Shown: piece by piece, positions 23,131 through 34,542 of the stretch
Numbering within the stretch: position 1 is the stretch's first letter
Layout: each line of letters starts with the position of its first letter
Position numbers and translations under genes: made by a program
The notes under the pieces: generated by a model
The model's database searches: none
What the model was told of the DNA's origin: nothing
What the model saw: only the letters and a program-made list of their open reading frames with translations
Source of the DNA: Coniocarpon cinnabarinum
Taxonomy: Eukaryota
Direction of reading: 5' to 3'
Assembly (NCBI GenBank): GCA_051942205.1
Contig: JAVECO010000031.1
Coordinates: forward strand, 62,001-126,000
DNA length: 64,000 nt

Positions 23131-25145
23131 ATGTATGTAGGTTTTGGTTTCCCAGCGGCATTGCTGGCTGTCGCATGCAATGCTCAGATCCAGTCTTTCC
23201 TTTCGCGTCCAGATTTCCAGGTGCGTATCGTAGCAGACCGTGTCATGTAAATCGCGTCGCTAACTTCAGGATACCAGGGTGTTCTTGACTTTCAGATTCT
23301 AACACCGGCAGCAGATCCTTCCGAGCTCGCAGACGTAGGTCACCTGTGCCCAGGGACGACGCAGGAACGCGTGGAGATCTGACGCGCAGCAGGGCTACTA
23401 TTTCATCACCCCGTACGTCAGCGATGCATCTCCAATAGCATACGGCCCATCCATTTTCGACTACACTGGTCAGCTCATCTGGTACGGCAACGAGTCTGTG
23501 GAAGTCCGTGGTCAAGACTTGCACGTTTGTGACTTCGATGATCATGGCGTCGGCTTGCACATCTGCTTTAACGACGCATTACCTGTTGCGCAACCCGGCC
23601 ACTCTTCCGGCAACATTCGATTCTTCAACACCTCCTACCAAGAAGTCAACACCGACTTTGAAGCCGCGAATGGCCTCGTGGCACCAGACATGCATGAGCT
23701 CAACACACCCAATGCAGGCAATGGAACGTATATGTTCCAGGACGTCTATCAAAGCACCCCGAAGGACCTGACCGCGTGGAACGGTCCGGCCGATGGATAT
23801 GTGTGGAACGGCTGTTTTCAACAGATTGACCTCAACTCCCACGACGTCACGTTCCAGTGGTGCTCCCTCGACCACGTGATCTTGGACGAGACATATACCT
23901 TCTTGCAGCAAACTCCAGACGCGTATCACAACGTGATCTCCGGCAATGGTTCTCAGGAGGAGCCATGGGACTACGCGTAAGCAGCGATGGCTGACAGCTA
24001 CCTCATGCATGTACGCTAACGACCGCTCGCAGCCATATCAACGCTATCGATCTTACAGCCACTGGAGACTTCCTTATCTCACTCCGTCACACTCACACAA
24101 TTTACAAAGTTGCTGGTCCAGAGACCCAATCCGGAAAAACGCCTGGCGACGTGATCTGGCGTCTTGGCGGCAAAATGAGTGACTTCACCCTCGATGACTT
24201 TGCCTTTGCATGGCAGCACGACGTCCGCTCCATTGGCACCTCGCCCACCACCGACGATCTGACGCTCTTCGACAATGCAGCTGATGATGGTAGCAACATC
24301 TCCGAAACGTCCTCAGGCAAGGTCATCCACGTCGACACCACGTCTGGGACCGCGAACCTCACGATGCAGTATGATGCTCCCGGCCCACTGCTGTCGTCTT
24401 CGCAGGGCAGCATGCAAACGTTGAGTAACGGCAATGCCCTCGTCGGATGGGGCTCAATCCCCTACTTCACAGAGTACGCCGCTAATGGGACGGTGCTGTT
24501 CCACACCCATTTCGGTTTCGATGGAGACGAGTGAGTCCTATATTGTGTACATCAATGCTGTGAGACAATCGCTAATCACGTGCAGCGCCTTGCAAAACTA
24601 CCGCGCTTACAAGTACCCTTGGATCGCGATCCCTAGCAATCCCCCCGATGTCTTCGCCTACGCTCAAAATTGCACAGGTGGTACGTCTGCCCCCCTTGGA
24701 TCGCGCACGCTCTTCTCAACGAGCATCCACCATTCTCTAATTCCGCTCTTTACATTTATTCATCCGATGTGCTTAGTCTTTGTCACATTCATGAAACTTG
24801 TCACAGCACCATCACTAACGTACAGCAGAACTCTACGCCTACGCCAGCTGGAACGGCGCCACCGAGGTGCGCTCCTGGCGCTTCCACAGCAGTCAAAGTC
24901 AAGACACCACTTCCAGCAGCCAGGCCACCGAACAAGGCCGCACCGGCTTCGAAACGATGGCGAACCTCGGCGCATACGCACCCTATGTGTACGCGGAGGC
25001 GCTGAATGAGAACGGCACCGTCATCGGCACGAGCACGGTTGAGACGACGTTCGTGCCGGTTGGGTCTTTGGAGGGATCGTGTGGTGAGACTGCTTGTGAG
25101 GGGGGTTTTGTTTACAATGCGACGACGGGGCAGGTGTGTAGTTAG
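23131..25145 (+). CDS. Secreted arylsulfotransferase (ASST-like) protein, ~6 exons
   Basis: Spliced by eye: MYVGFGFPAALLAVACNAQIQSFLSRPDFQ | ...ELAD | GYYFITP...GPSIFDYTGQLIW...DMHEL...FQWCSLDH...PWDYA | HINAID...LISLRHTHTIYKV...IWRLGGKMSDF...AWQHDVR...LFDNA...SSSQGSMQTLSNGNALVGWG | YRAYKYPW | YASWNGATEV...GFET. Confidence 0.85.
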
Positions 25146-25705
25146 GTTTGGGATGCAAGAAGTGGAGAGATATTGTATTCATGGGGTGAAAATCGTCGGT
25201 GTTGATATTGGACTGATTGTCCGTAGTCTACTAATATTGCGGTAACTTTGATATGTTTTTCCCACGTGCCTACTTCGCTTTCGCGACTTCATGCTCACTC
25301 CAGTGGGCACATGACTGCGTTCTAAGTGTAGGGTATGATTCTCCGTGTCGCAGGAAAAGCTACCGCTGCTTTGTCTCGACCATCTCTGCTTCCACGAATG
25401 CTGAGAAGAACCAGCAACGTGTCCGCCGTGATGTTTCCCCAATGATGTCTTTTCGTCGGATGCATGCTACGTGTCCAACCGCATTGTCATCACAGTTGCC
25501 TTTCCATCCTTGCAGTGTTCTCAACGCTGTCATATTTGCTGAGCTCATAGCAGAGGCTCAGGGATGTAACAGGCTACGACCCGGCCAACGAGACACACAT
25601 GTGGCGGCTGTTGGTAGTTGATTGGAGGATCTTTGACAGAGCTGGAGCGCCTTGTAAGTTATATGAAATATCTACAGATACGGAATCACCTCCGCTAATC
25701 AATTA

Positions 25706-26211
25706 CAGTCGATTGTAGGAAGACTGACAATGGTTGGTCCGAGGTTTGTGCAACATACTTACACATTTCCTGAGATTAACGTTGTCGCTAACGTTGCCGC
25801 TAACGTCGTCACTAGCGTCGCTTTTAATAGGATTAACGAAGATAAGCTAGACAAGCCTACTACTGGTTCTTCTGGCTTCTTCTATGCTCTTGCGGCGATA
25901 CTACGTATACATCTACGAGGTCGATATTCGGAGGATTTAGGGCAGGACAGAATAAACAAGGGCAGGGTAGGTACAAATAGGGTAAGCTAAAGGCTATCAC
26001 TAATAATTATTAGTACAGACATCGCCGTGAAAGCATAGGAAAAGCCAGAAGAAGTATTAATAGGCTTGTCTTGCTTGTCTTTATTATTCTCATCAAAAGC
26101 CACGTCACCGGCGACGTTGGCGACAACGTTAGCACGACGTTAATCTTAGGAGACGTGTATGTGTTACACAAAGCTTGGACCAACCATTGTCAGTCTTCCT
26201 GCAATCAACTG
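25706..26211. mobile_element. Non-autonomous foldback/MITE element of Tc1/mariner type with ~200-bp TIRs and TA target-site duplication
   Basis: Left end TA|CAGTCGATTGTAGGAAGACTGACAATGGTTGGTCC matches the reverse complement of right end GGACCAACCATTGTCAGTCTTCCTGCAATCAACTG|TA. The arms ~25706-25900 and ~26015-26211 align throughout, mostly with transition mismatches. No transposase ORF. Confidence 0.85.
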
Positions 26212-26281
26212 TACTTAAGTATTATGGCAGCGGGCAATACTTTCTGTCAGAACAGGCCCCAAATTTGGCGGCTGCGAGTAG

Positions 26282-27194
26282 CTAGTGCTCCAGATGAGTA
26301 CTCGCAAACTCAATAATCTTTCCCACCGTCCCTTCCGTCCACGCCAGATGCGGAGAATGTCCGCTGGGACACCTATACGTAGTGAAAGCAACCTTCTCCG
26401 ACTGCTCCACCATCTTCACCAACGCCTCCTGCTTTGCTGCTGCAAACGCTCGATCATTCTCACATATGAGATACGCGCATGGCAACATTGCGTAAGCGTT
26501 ATTGGTCAACGGCGTCCACATCGGCGGACAGACCGTGAGCATCGATGCGCAATGCGAAGCCGTTGCGGCGTCTACATCGTGGAAGAAGTATTCGACGCTC
26601 TTGATCGCTGACTTGACGCCACGTGGGCCGTGCTTCTGCGTCGTGGAGTCAGATTGAGACCTTCAAAAACGCTTCCTGGGGCCTGTGACGAACGTGAAAC
26701 CGCGCGAACGGCGGACAAACTACTTCTCTGCCGTCTTGCGGCTTCGTGAAGCTGTGTAATGACTCGCCTACTGGAACCAAAACCCCCGACACATAGAAAA
26801 GACCAATGATACCGCCTTGCTTGCCGCTCTTTCTAAGGTTTTGAGACTGCAACGCCGGGGTTGCAGCTTGTGTTGCCACCAGCGCCCCGGAGGAGTGTCC
26901 CACGAGCAGAACATGCTCATGATTCTCGAGGATGAGTCTGCTCAGAAGCGCGGCCACGATTGCCACGTCGTCCGCCGGGGCGGGATACCCGTTCTCTGGA
27001 ATGGCCCTGTCGTAATCGGGGTTTTGGATGTCTCCAATGTTCATGAGCCGGAGATCCGACGTCGGGAGCTGCGGACAATGGGCTGACACTCCTTCAGCTT
27101 GCAGTGCTTTGATGAGCGGTTGGTATATTCCAGGGGTATGATATGATCCATGACAGATGACGACAACGAATGAAGGAGTCGTTCTACTTGACAT
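26282..27194 (-). CDS. Alpha/beta-hydrolase (Abhydrolase_6 / methylesterase-like), 2 exons
   Basis: VVICHGSYH oxyanion region; nucleophile elbow VGHSSG; acid in YLICENDRAF; His in SGHSPHL. Intron ~26693-26637. Confidence 0.85.
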
Positions 27195-27868
27195 AATGCT
27201 CTGTTATACAACCATGTGAGTGCCTCTTGCAGCTTCAATGATACATGAGCTCACTTTTTCCACATCTGCCCAACGTCGTGGACGACATATGTAATTTCTG
27301 TCTGTCCCATATGTCGTTCGGAACAATTGTGGGCAGCTACATGCCTTGTTCGCTTTCTGCCTTGCATACACAAGCTATGGTGAAAAAGACGCACGCCGCA
27401 TATGCAAGCTCAAGGCGATGATCCACGGGGTATTGTATGGCGCAGGGATTTGCATGCGTGGATCCATGCAGGCACGCCAAGACCAGCTCCTCCACATCAT
27501 GTAACACATGAAAGGCAGACGTACTGACTGTGCGCAGCTGACGCCTGCCTGCACTCAAAAAGGGTTACATTCTCAATCATCAAGGCGGCGAATTAGATTG
27601 CTCGGTGTCAATGCTGCAGCGCTTATCATCACATATCATCGTCACGCAGGAGACATGAGCTCCCCGCTCACTGTCGCTATTGACTGGACCGGCAATGTCG
27701 TATTGAGGAACCTGGAAATCGCTCGTGGTCGTGAAAGATCTCGATGGAGTTAAGACAGTGATTTCTATTTAAAAGCCTCAAGATACACTCAGACGGATGA
27801 CTCCTTTGACGCCGGCACGTGGAATACCACCCGCGGCAAGCCTCTTAAACAGGCCTGCTGTGCGCAAA

Positions 27869-29105
27869 TCAAACAGACGTACTGCTTGCATCGGGACCTC
27901 GAGCGACAGTACTTATTTCATGGTCAACGTTCACATCCGTCTGTACAGTTATACCCGAAGGCGTTTGAACAAGCTGAGTCTGCGAACCACCTCGCTTCGA
28001 CCGTCTGGAACGCAGCGAGCCTAGTATCGATGAGAATGTGTGTTGAATTGACCAGGCAGTGACATGCTCGTTCATGAAACGGACAAGCGGCCACAGTGGA
28101 GGTATACTAGCAGTAATGAGGACGACCCACATTTCAGCAACACCCCACAGCTGAAGAGGCGCAATATCATCTACATCAAGGTTTTGGTCAGCAAGCGTCA
28201 ATCATTTACGTCCCAAGGCCTTTTGCAAGCTTACATGTAGTATCGGTAATGCTCGAGAATGACTTGTACGAGTAAGTCTTCATGATGCTGCAAACGCAGG
28301 TAAAGAAGCCTACACCCAACAGAACGCAGATCCCAAGCTTCAACTTGCGAGCCATTTGCAGCTTGTAAACGATGCCAACAGGGTAGATAGCTAGGACAAG
28401 GTCTGTGAATGCAGTAAAAGCTTGATTCATGCGATCAGTCTTGATCAGTCCGAAGCACAGCATGTCACTCACATCCTCCAGCAATACCGAAGTAATACGC
28501 CGCTTGAAAGCCCGAGCAGTCACCATTGATGGATATGTCCCATAGTGCCCTTGGAGGGGAACATTGGAAAAAGATGAGGAAGAGCGTGATGACATTTCTC
28601 GCCAGCTTCTCACATTAGTAGATGTTTCTGAGGACAACACAGGTGACTCACATTGATTGCGACGAGTATTACAAGTAGCCTTTGCGCCTTTCTATACGCA
28701 GGGCCCTGGATGTCCATGAAGAACGACACGACTGAAAATTTGCCAACCCCGATCGCAAGCCCAATGGTGGCGTCGCTCGTCCACTGCAATGCAATGACTG
28801 GTGTGATTGTGCCCGCTTTCTCTACCATCTCCATATGATTGCCGAAGCCGTTGCTAATCGCAACGGTAAGAAAACAGTTGGCCGTTACCGCGAAAAGCTG
28901 TAGAGCTCAACAAAGTTGATTCGGCAAGCAGAGCGGAGAACAAGCTTACCCAGCCGCTCCAGGCCCATATGAGGGTGCGTAACGCCACCCCCTTGACAAG
29001 TTTTATTTTGACTACAATGCGTAGGCTTAGCAATACCGTCGCGAGTCCCATAAACGCCCACGAGACACCAAGAAGCTCGGGTCCGTGGCCCCCGTATGGA
29101 GACAT
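27869..29105 (-). CDS. PTH11-like / fungal rhodopsin-domain integral membrane protein without CFEM (SAT4-like), multi-exon
   Basis: VSWAFMGLATVLLSLRIVVK; GVGKFSVVSFF; AFTAFTDLVLAIYPVGIVYKLQMARKLKLGICVLLGVGFFTCVCSIMKT; WGVAEMWVVLITASIPPLWPL. Confidence 0.85.
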
Positions 29106-30016
29106 GATGTGCACTGGGTTTTCGTATAGTAGAGAGGAGCTAGTTTACGTTCAAATCAGCTGGTGTCTGTTTCTCTTTGAAACCAGAGGGAAACTACAGA
29201 CAGAAATCACGACCTCGCTCTAGGTCTTAAGTCGTCAACGAAGGCCCTCACAAAGAGACATGCGGCCTTCACAAGCTTTTGCATACGGAACGCTGCAAGA
29301 TGATCTGCAAATGGACACACGATTAACTTGCCAGGGATAATCATTGATTGGCAACAAGGGCAAGCTTTCGCAGCAAAGAGGAGACATTGTGCCGCATTGA
29401 TGCTCCCAGTGACATGTGTTTCCCGCCAACAGCTTTGTGGATGCCTTTGAGCATGGTGCCTTGCGCGGAACAATAGAAGGCAGTAAGGCATATGAGACCT
29501 TTGCCTATCCAATAAAACGCATGCATGAGATGGATACTTGGCACAGAAGACCGGGCCGTTGTGCTGAGATACCTGACAACTCTACAGACGGCACGGATCG
29601 GTGAAGGCTCCGCAATTCAGCGTCGGAACGAGGTGACCATTCAAATCAACTCAGTTGCCAAATACTGTCCCTCGTAAAATCGTCTTTCTGCACTTGTGCG
29701 AGGCGTGCTCGGTCTCACCCGGTGCCGCACGCGAACCTTTTTCTCTCACGCATATGTCACCAAGCGCCTGCCAGCTGTAGCAGGACGACCCACTCATGTG
29801 ACGCAAGCATGGGTCGCAAGCATGGGTCGCAACCCTGCATGTCCGTCCACCTTGACGCCCTGAGTGCCTGTAGGGATGGTCCATCACAATATTGCCCGTG
29901 ATAGGCACTATCGGCAATCCATTGCGTGCTTCCAAATAACATTCCCTGCTCTTTCAGAGTTTGGAAAATGCCTAACAATCTATTGTGCGTGCATGCTCAA
30001 GCTGGTCCAAGCCATC

Positions 30017-31047
30017 ATGTCGGCTTACCCTTTGCCAAATGCTGTTGGCGACGTAAGTCTGCTTGTCAGCTGCTACGGGTAGATTGGCGTCGCTGACATG
30101 TGATGAATCTCAGTCCGTCCAAGAGACTGCGCGACTGGGTAGGGTTGCACCATCTACAGAGGCCTTCGAAAACATGCTGAATCAACTAAAGATGCTCGTC
30201 ATTCTATATGGGAGCTGGAGCTCGGCTCCTTCACTCTCGCCCCATTATCAAGGAGTATGAACCTTGCTTTGGATTTAGGGTGTGGGACCGGTGTCTGTAC
30301 TCGAGCGATCGCGAAGAGGCTGCCTTCCGGCAATACAGTCGGTGTCGACATTGCCCCCCCTTCTCATGAATCGTCTGACGGCTCTCCGAACTCCAAATAT
30401 AGTTTCGTCAAGGCTAATGTTGAGGATCAATGGGAATTTGTCAAGGAGCCAAGCACGGTGGATTACATTTTGTCACGCATGCTCACGACAGCCATCCGCG
30501 ATTGGCAGAGTTTATATCTGAGAGCATTTGTGGCCTTGCGCCCGGGTGGCTATTTTGAATCACAGGAAACTTCGATCGAGCTTCTAAGCGATGACAGCAT
30601 CTCTACTACTGACCGGCCACTCATGAAGTGGTTCAACTACCTCGGAGAGCTTGCAATCAAGAATGGAGTTGAGCGCTATTCGATTGATCTTCATGGCGAA
30701 AGATTGAGGCAGGCAGGCTTCCATGTCATCACAGAGAGGCCTATCAAGTTCTATCTGGATGAAACACGACCGGAAATGGCCGGTCGAGAGCTTGTGAGCC
30801 GTTTATTTTTCCAACAGATAAATGATTTTCTCGACACGATGACTCCGAAGCTCTTTAGGAACACAGCATCGGTGTCACTGGAAGAGGGTCGACAACTAGC
30901 GTCAGAGGCACGAGAAGACTTGAGACAGAATTCAGGAAAGTTTGGCTACCACACGCGATAGTATGCCTTTCCGTGTCCTCTTGAAATGCCGTGGACTGAT
31001 TCCGTAGCAGCTGTGTGCGTGTTGCACAAAAGCCTTTCAAGCAGTGA
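30017..31047 (+). CDS. LaeA-like class I SAM-dependent methyltransferase, 4 exons
   Basis: Spliced: MSAYPLPNAVGD | SVQETARL | DARHSIWELELGSFTLAP...LDLGCGTG...VGVDI...DYILSRML...ALRPGGYFESQE...| CVRVAQKPFKQ stop at 31045-31047. Confidence 0.85.
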
Positions 31048-31299
31048 TACAGATCGCAATACTATCCAGACGATCTGCTTAGAAATTATGTGCGCCTAAA
31101 CTAAATTTGAAATCGGACGCGCTCTAAACCTTGCCAACAAGTCTACTTTAGATACACCTTTGATGGTTTACTTCTCTTGCTTTACTTTCGAGTAGAGCCT
31201 TAACCGATCTTCGAACCATAGAAGCAGACCAATAATGATCTCATAAATTTGCGCATTCTTCCCAAGAGATGCACCATGGGCTCAAAACAGACCTAAGTC

Positions 31300-32780
31300 T
31301 TACAGCTTGATCAACATCATCTTCTCAGAGACTGCTCCAGAGGCTCCGTACCTCCCAGTGAGGAAGCTTATCAATCTCCAAGTCAGCGTGCAGATTTGAA
31401 GAGCTACAAGACATCAGACATACCTCCATTCGAGATTCCCAGTGCAGTAGGACCGACACCCTTCGATAAAACGTCGAACATTCTGTACAGTTTCCACGTC
31501 CTTCTCACAGCTCTTAAGCAAATCTGATGCAGCTGCTTCGAACTCATTCACATAGTGGCTGATAAGTTTCATTGCAATATCAGCGGATTCTTGAGCGTTG
31601 CCTGTAGATGCGAAAAAGATCGGAATGATGCTATCAACAGCATCTTCAGCCTGTAACATGTGAGTGTATTAAGATCTGCACGATGGAGTACATGATATTC
31701 TTACAAGCTCTTTTCGCAAGGAGAAGATATCGTTCACACTGGTTACATTAGTACAGTGGCATGAGATGACAAATGCCGCGTACATTGAAATTATAGCGTT
31801 GGTTGCCCCCCAAACTCGTTCCAGGCCGTGCTCAGACCTAAGCTTAATCGGCAGGTCGATATCCCATGTGTACCTGTGAATTGGTTCAGTACTCGCCATC
31901 CTTTGGAGTTTCGAGTTCATACTCATTGAGTGCCAAAGCTATCCTGACTGCACTCGTGCCCATCCGAAAACTCCAATATCCATAGAATGTCGTGATCTTA
32001 CCGCTGAGCGCTTGACTCTGCTCGACTTTTGATTTCGTCATGAAATACTTGATCTCCTGCAAGAGGCGCTTGCGATGTTCTATGTATATCTCAGTATTGG
32101 GCGTCAAGTATCTCATTAAAGGACTGACCGTGGGGACAAGACTTCCTCAGAGATTTCCCAAAAGTGTCAAAGCTGTGAATGATGAAATTGTCTGATGACA
32201 GAGCTTCTGTTTCTTCTGCCAGCCCGAGGCTTTTTGACACAAAATCGAATGTGCGGTCACGGAAGTTCTGAGCCCTTTCTAAATCGAGAGCGAAGTTTCC
32301 AGATATGGAGTCAATTTCTGTAAGACTCTTATCAGATTGCAGAAACTAAGAGTATCACTGAAGAAAATAGAAAGTACCATCATCCCACACAAAAAGCTTT
32401 GAGGCATGAGGTATATCAGCTTTGAACGCCTTCAAAGGAAAAGCTGCTGCAAGTAATACCCAGATAGAAAGCTCGGTGACAACCTTGAGACGGTCGTACT
32501 CTGCGTAAGGCCACCAGGTAGCACCAAAAAAAGCAAAGTCGGCCTTTTTTAGAGTCTCAACCTTCGGATGGGCTCGATATACACTGTGCGTATCAGTAAG
32601 GCATCGAAGGCGCAATATAAAGACGCAGACTTGCTCGCTAAGTATAAGATTGACATGACTCCGCAGATCAGAAAGGCGGGAACTTTTGCGGCGTCTCCAT
32701 GAAGGGAAGAATCGGCTTGGAGCTGGAAATTGAATAGTCTGGCCTCGCAGCATAGAGGCGATATCGGCTCGAGAGTTCAT
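31300..32780 (-). CDS. Class I terpene cyclase (probable sesquiterpene synthase), multi-exon
   Basis: Spliced reading gives FGATWWPYA, LFVWDD|EID (DDxxD), YWSFRMGTSAV (pyrophosphate-sensor Arg), VNDIFSLRKE (NSE motif) and C-terminal GNLEW|SFLTGRY (WxxxxxRY). Confidence 0.9.
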
Positions 32781-34542
32781 GTTGCTGCTCTTGAATTTGA
32801 TTTGAGGAGAATAGTTACAAAGTTAAGAAGCGCACATCCACTTCAGGAACAAAATTGAGGTTAGAGAGAGGCGAATACGGCGCAATGAATCGAAAAAGAA
32901 TTCAAATTGATTGGTATACCCGATTTCACTGAGATCTTCGGTCCGAGAGCAATGTGCGTCATCGCTGTGGGATGGTTGCTACGTAACAGGTATGAAGTGC
33001 CTGCTGAGAATTCATGCACGAGGCGAAAGGCAGAAAGTACGATTCACAGCCTTGTACGATGCGTGATACTGTTCCGCAGAGGCGTATAATTTGACGGAGC
33101 TTGCCATATATGCAGCTGCTCGGGTCAGCAGAGCATTTGCTCATCCAGCAACGAGTTTTAGCATTCTGTAAACATATCGTTGGAAATTAGCCGGTCGAAA
33201 TAGAATGTTAAAGTTCAACGAAAAAAAGATTGAATAAGTGTTAGCCTAGCTCGCCAAAATTGGTGCCAAGATTGATGGCGGAATAAGAGCAGGACCTTGC
33301 AATACGTTGCTCGTATCAAAGCCCGGTGCATTGTCAGACTTCTACTTTGCGGAAGCACAGCATTGACACCCATGCCTGATAGCTTTTCTTGATTTTGACA
33401 TGGGTCAGCTGTGTCAGAAGACCATAGGAAAGTCGGTACGCTTGGTCTCTTGCATGTATCATCAAAGCATTGACACTGTATGTGACGTGAGGCGTTTTTG
33501 GTAAATTTTACGCACATAAGAGTGTAGGCGGCAACGGAGGATGCAGATTCACAGGGGCTCGATGAGCATGCAATGACGTAATCGGACATGGAAGTCACAA
33601 GGGTGGTACTCCCAAAAAAATGCCTCACAAGTTGCCTCGTCTTCAGCTTGAGGCTGAAATGTATGCTCTCGTTTCATACTGATCCACATCAGCTTCGTCG
33701 CTGCATGCTCGGCCTGCCTGCGTCGGAACGCAACGAGCCATCCGCGCGGACACCAATCATTTAGAGATGATGCTGCGTGCAGAAAAGGAGCATGGTCAAG
33801 GCGAGAAGCCAAGCGGAGACCCTTGCACTATCACATCACCGTACTTTAGAACGTCCAAGCCAATGAATAGGCGAATCTACCACAGCTACGACTTACGCGT
33901 AGTTTTCAAGCGTGATAGGATTTGCGGATCTCCTTTGGCCGCTCTACCTGCACCTCCTTCGTATGGAAAACTTCTGGTCTGTGTTTTGGGTAGCTTTATG
34001 AATACCGCGTGTAGAAGAGGCTTCCTCATGGAGAATACTTTCTCAATGCTTGGTGTTGTCGAAAGTGAAGACGTTCCTTTAGATTAACTTGTTTTGCCAA
34101 GTGGGTACTTTGCCGTTGGGGGACAAAGTGGAGTGGAGAACAAGAGGATTTCGCCATCTCTTTGGATGCGGCACGCAACCCGCATAGCTTAGGCATTCGT
34201 GTGGAGTACATGCGGACGGCAGCGTCTCATTGGGTCCACCTCTCGAGTTGCAAGGCGCCGGAGGCAGCGAGTCAGCCACCAATCCTTGTCGTTCTGGGCC
34301 ATGTTGATTTTCCTATCTGCCTACGGCACTGCTTGTTCTTGAGCGAGGCCTTGATTTGAAAGAGTTACTTATCGCGGCGGTAAAAGGCTATCTCGATAAT
34401 ATGAGATGTTTCTTAGGGACATTCATGTCCCGGGTGTGTCTGTCTTTGTGTTGACAAAAAAGCTCGCTCGCGAATTTTAAAATCGTGAAGAATCAGTATC
34501 GGTAAAGCACACAGACTGCTCAACGCTCCCGTATCATCCTCA

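Noticed and set aside
29802..29832. 13-bp tandem repeat CGCAAGCATGGGT x2.4 in the divergent promoter of the cluster
   Set aside because: I did not find it in the other cluster promoters; probably a local slippage duplication.
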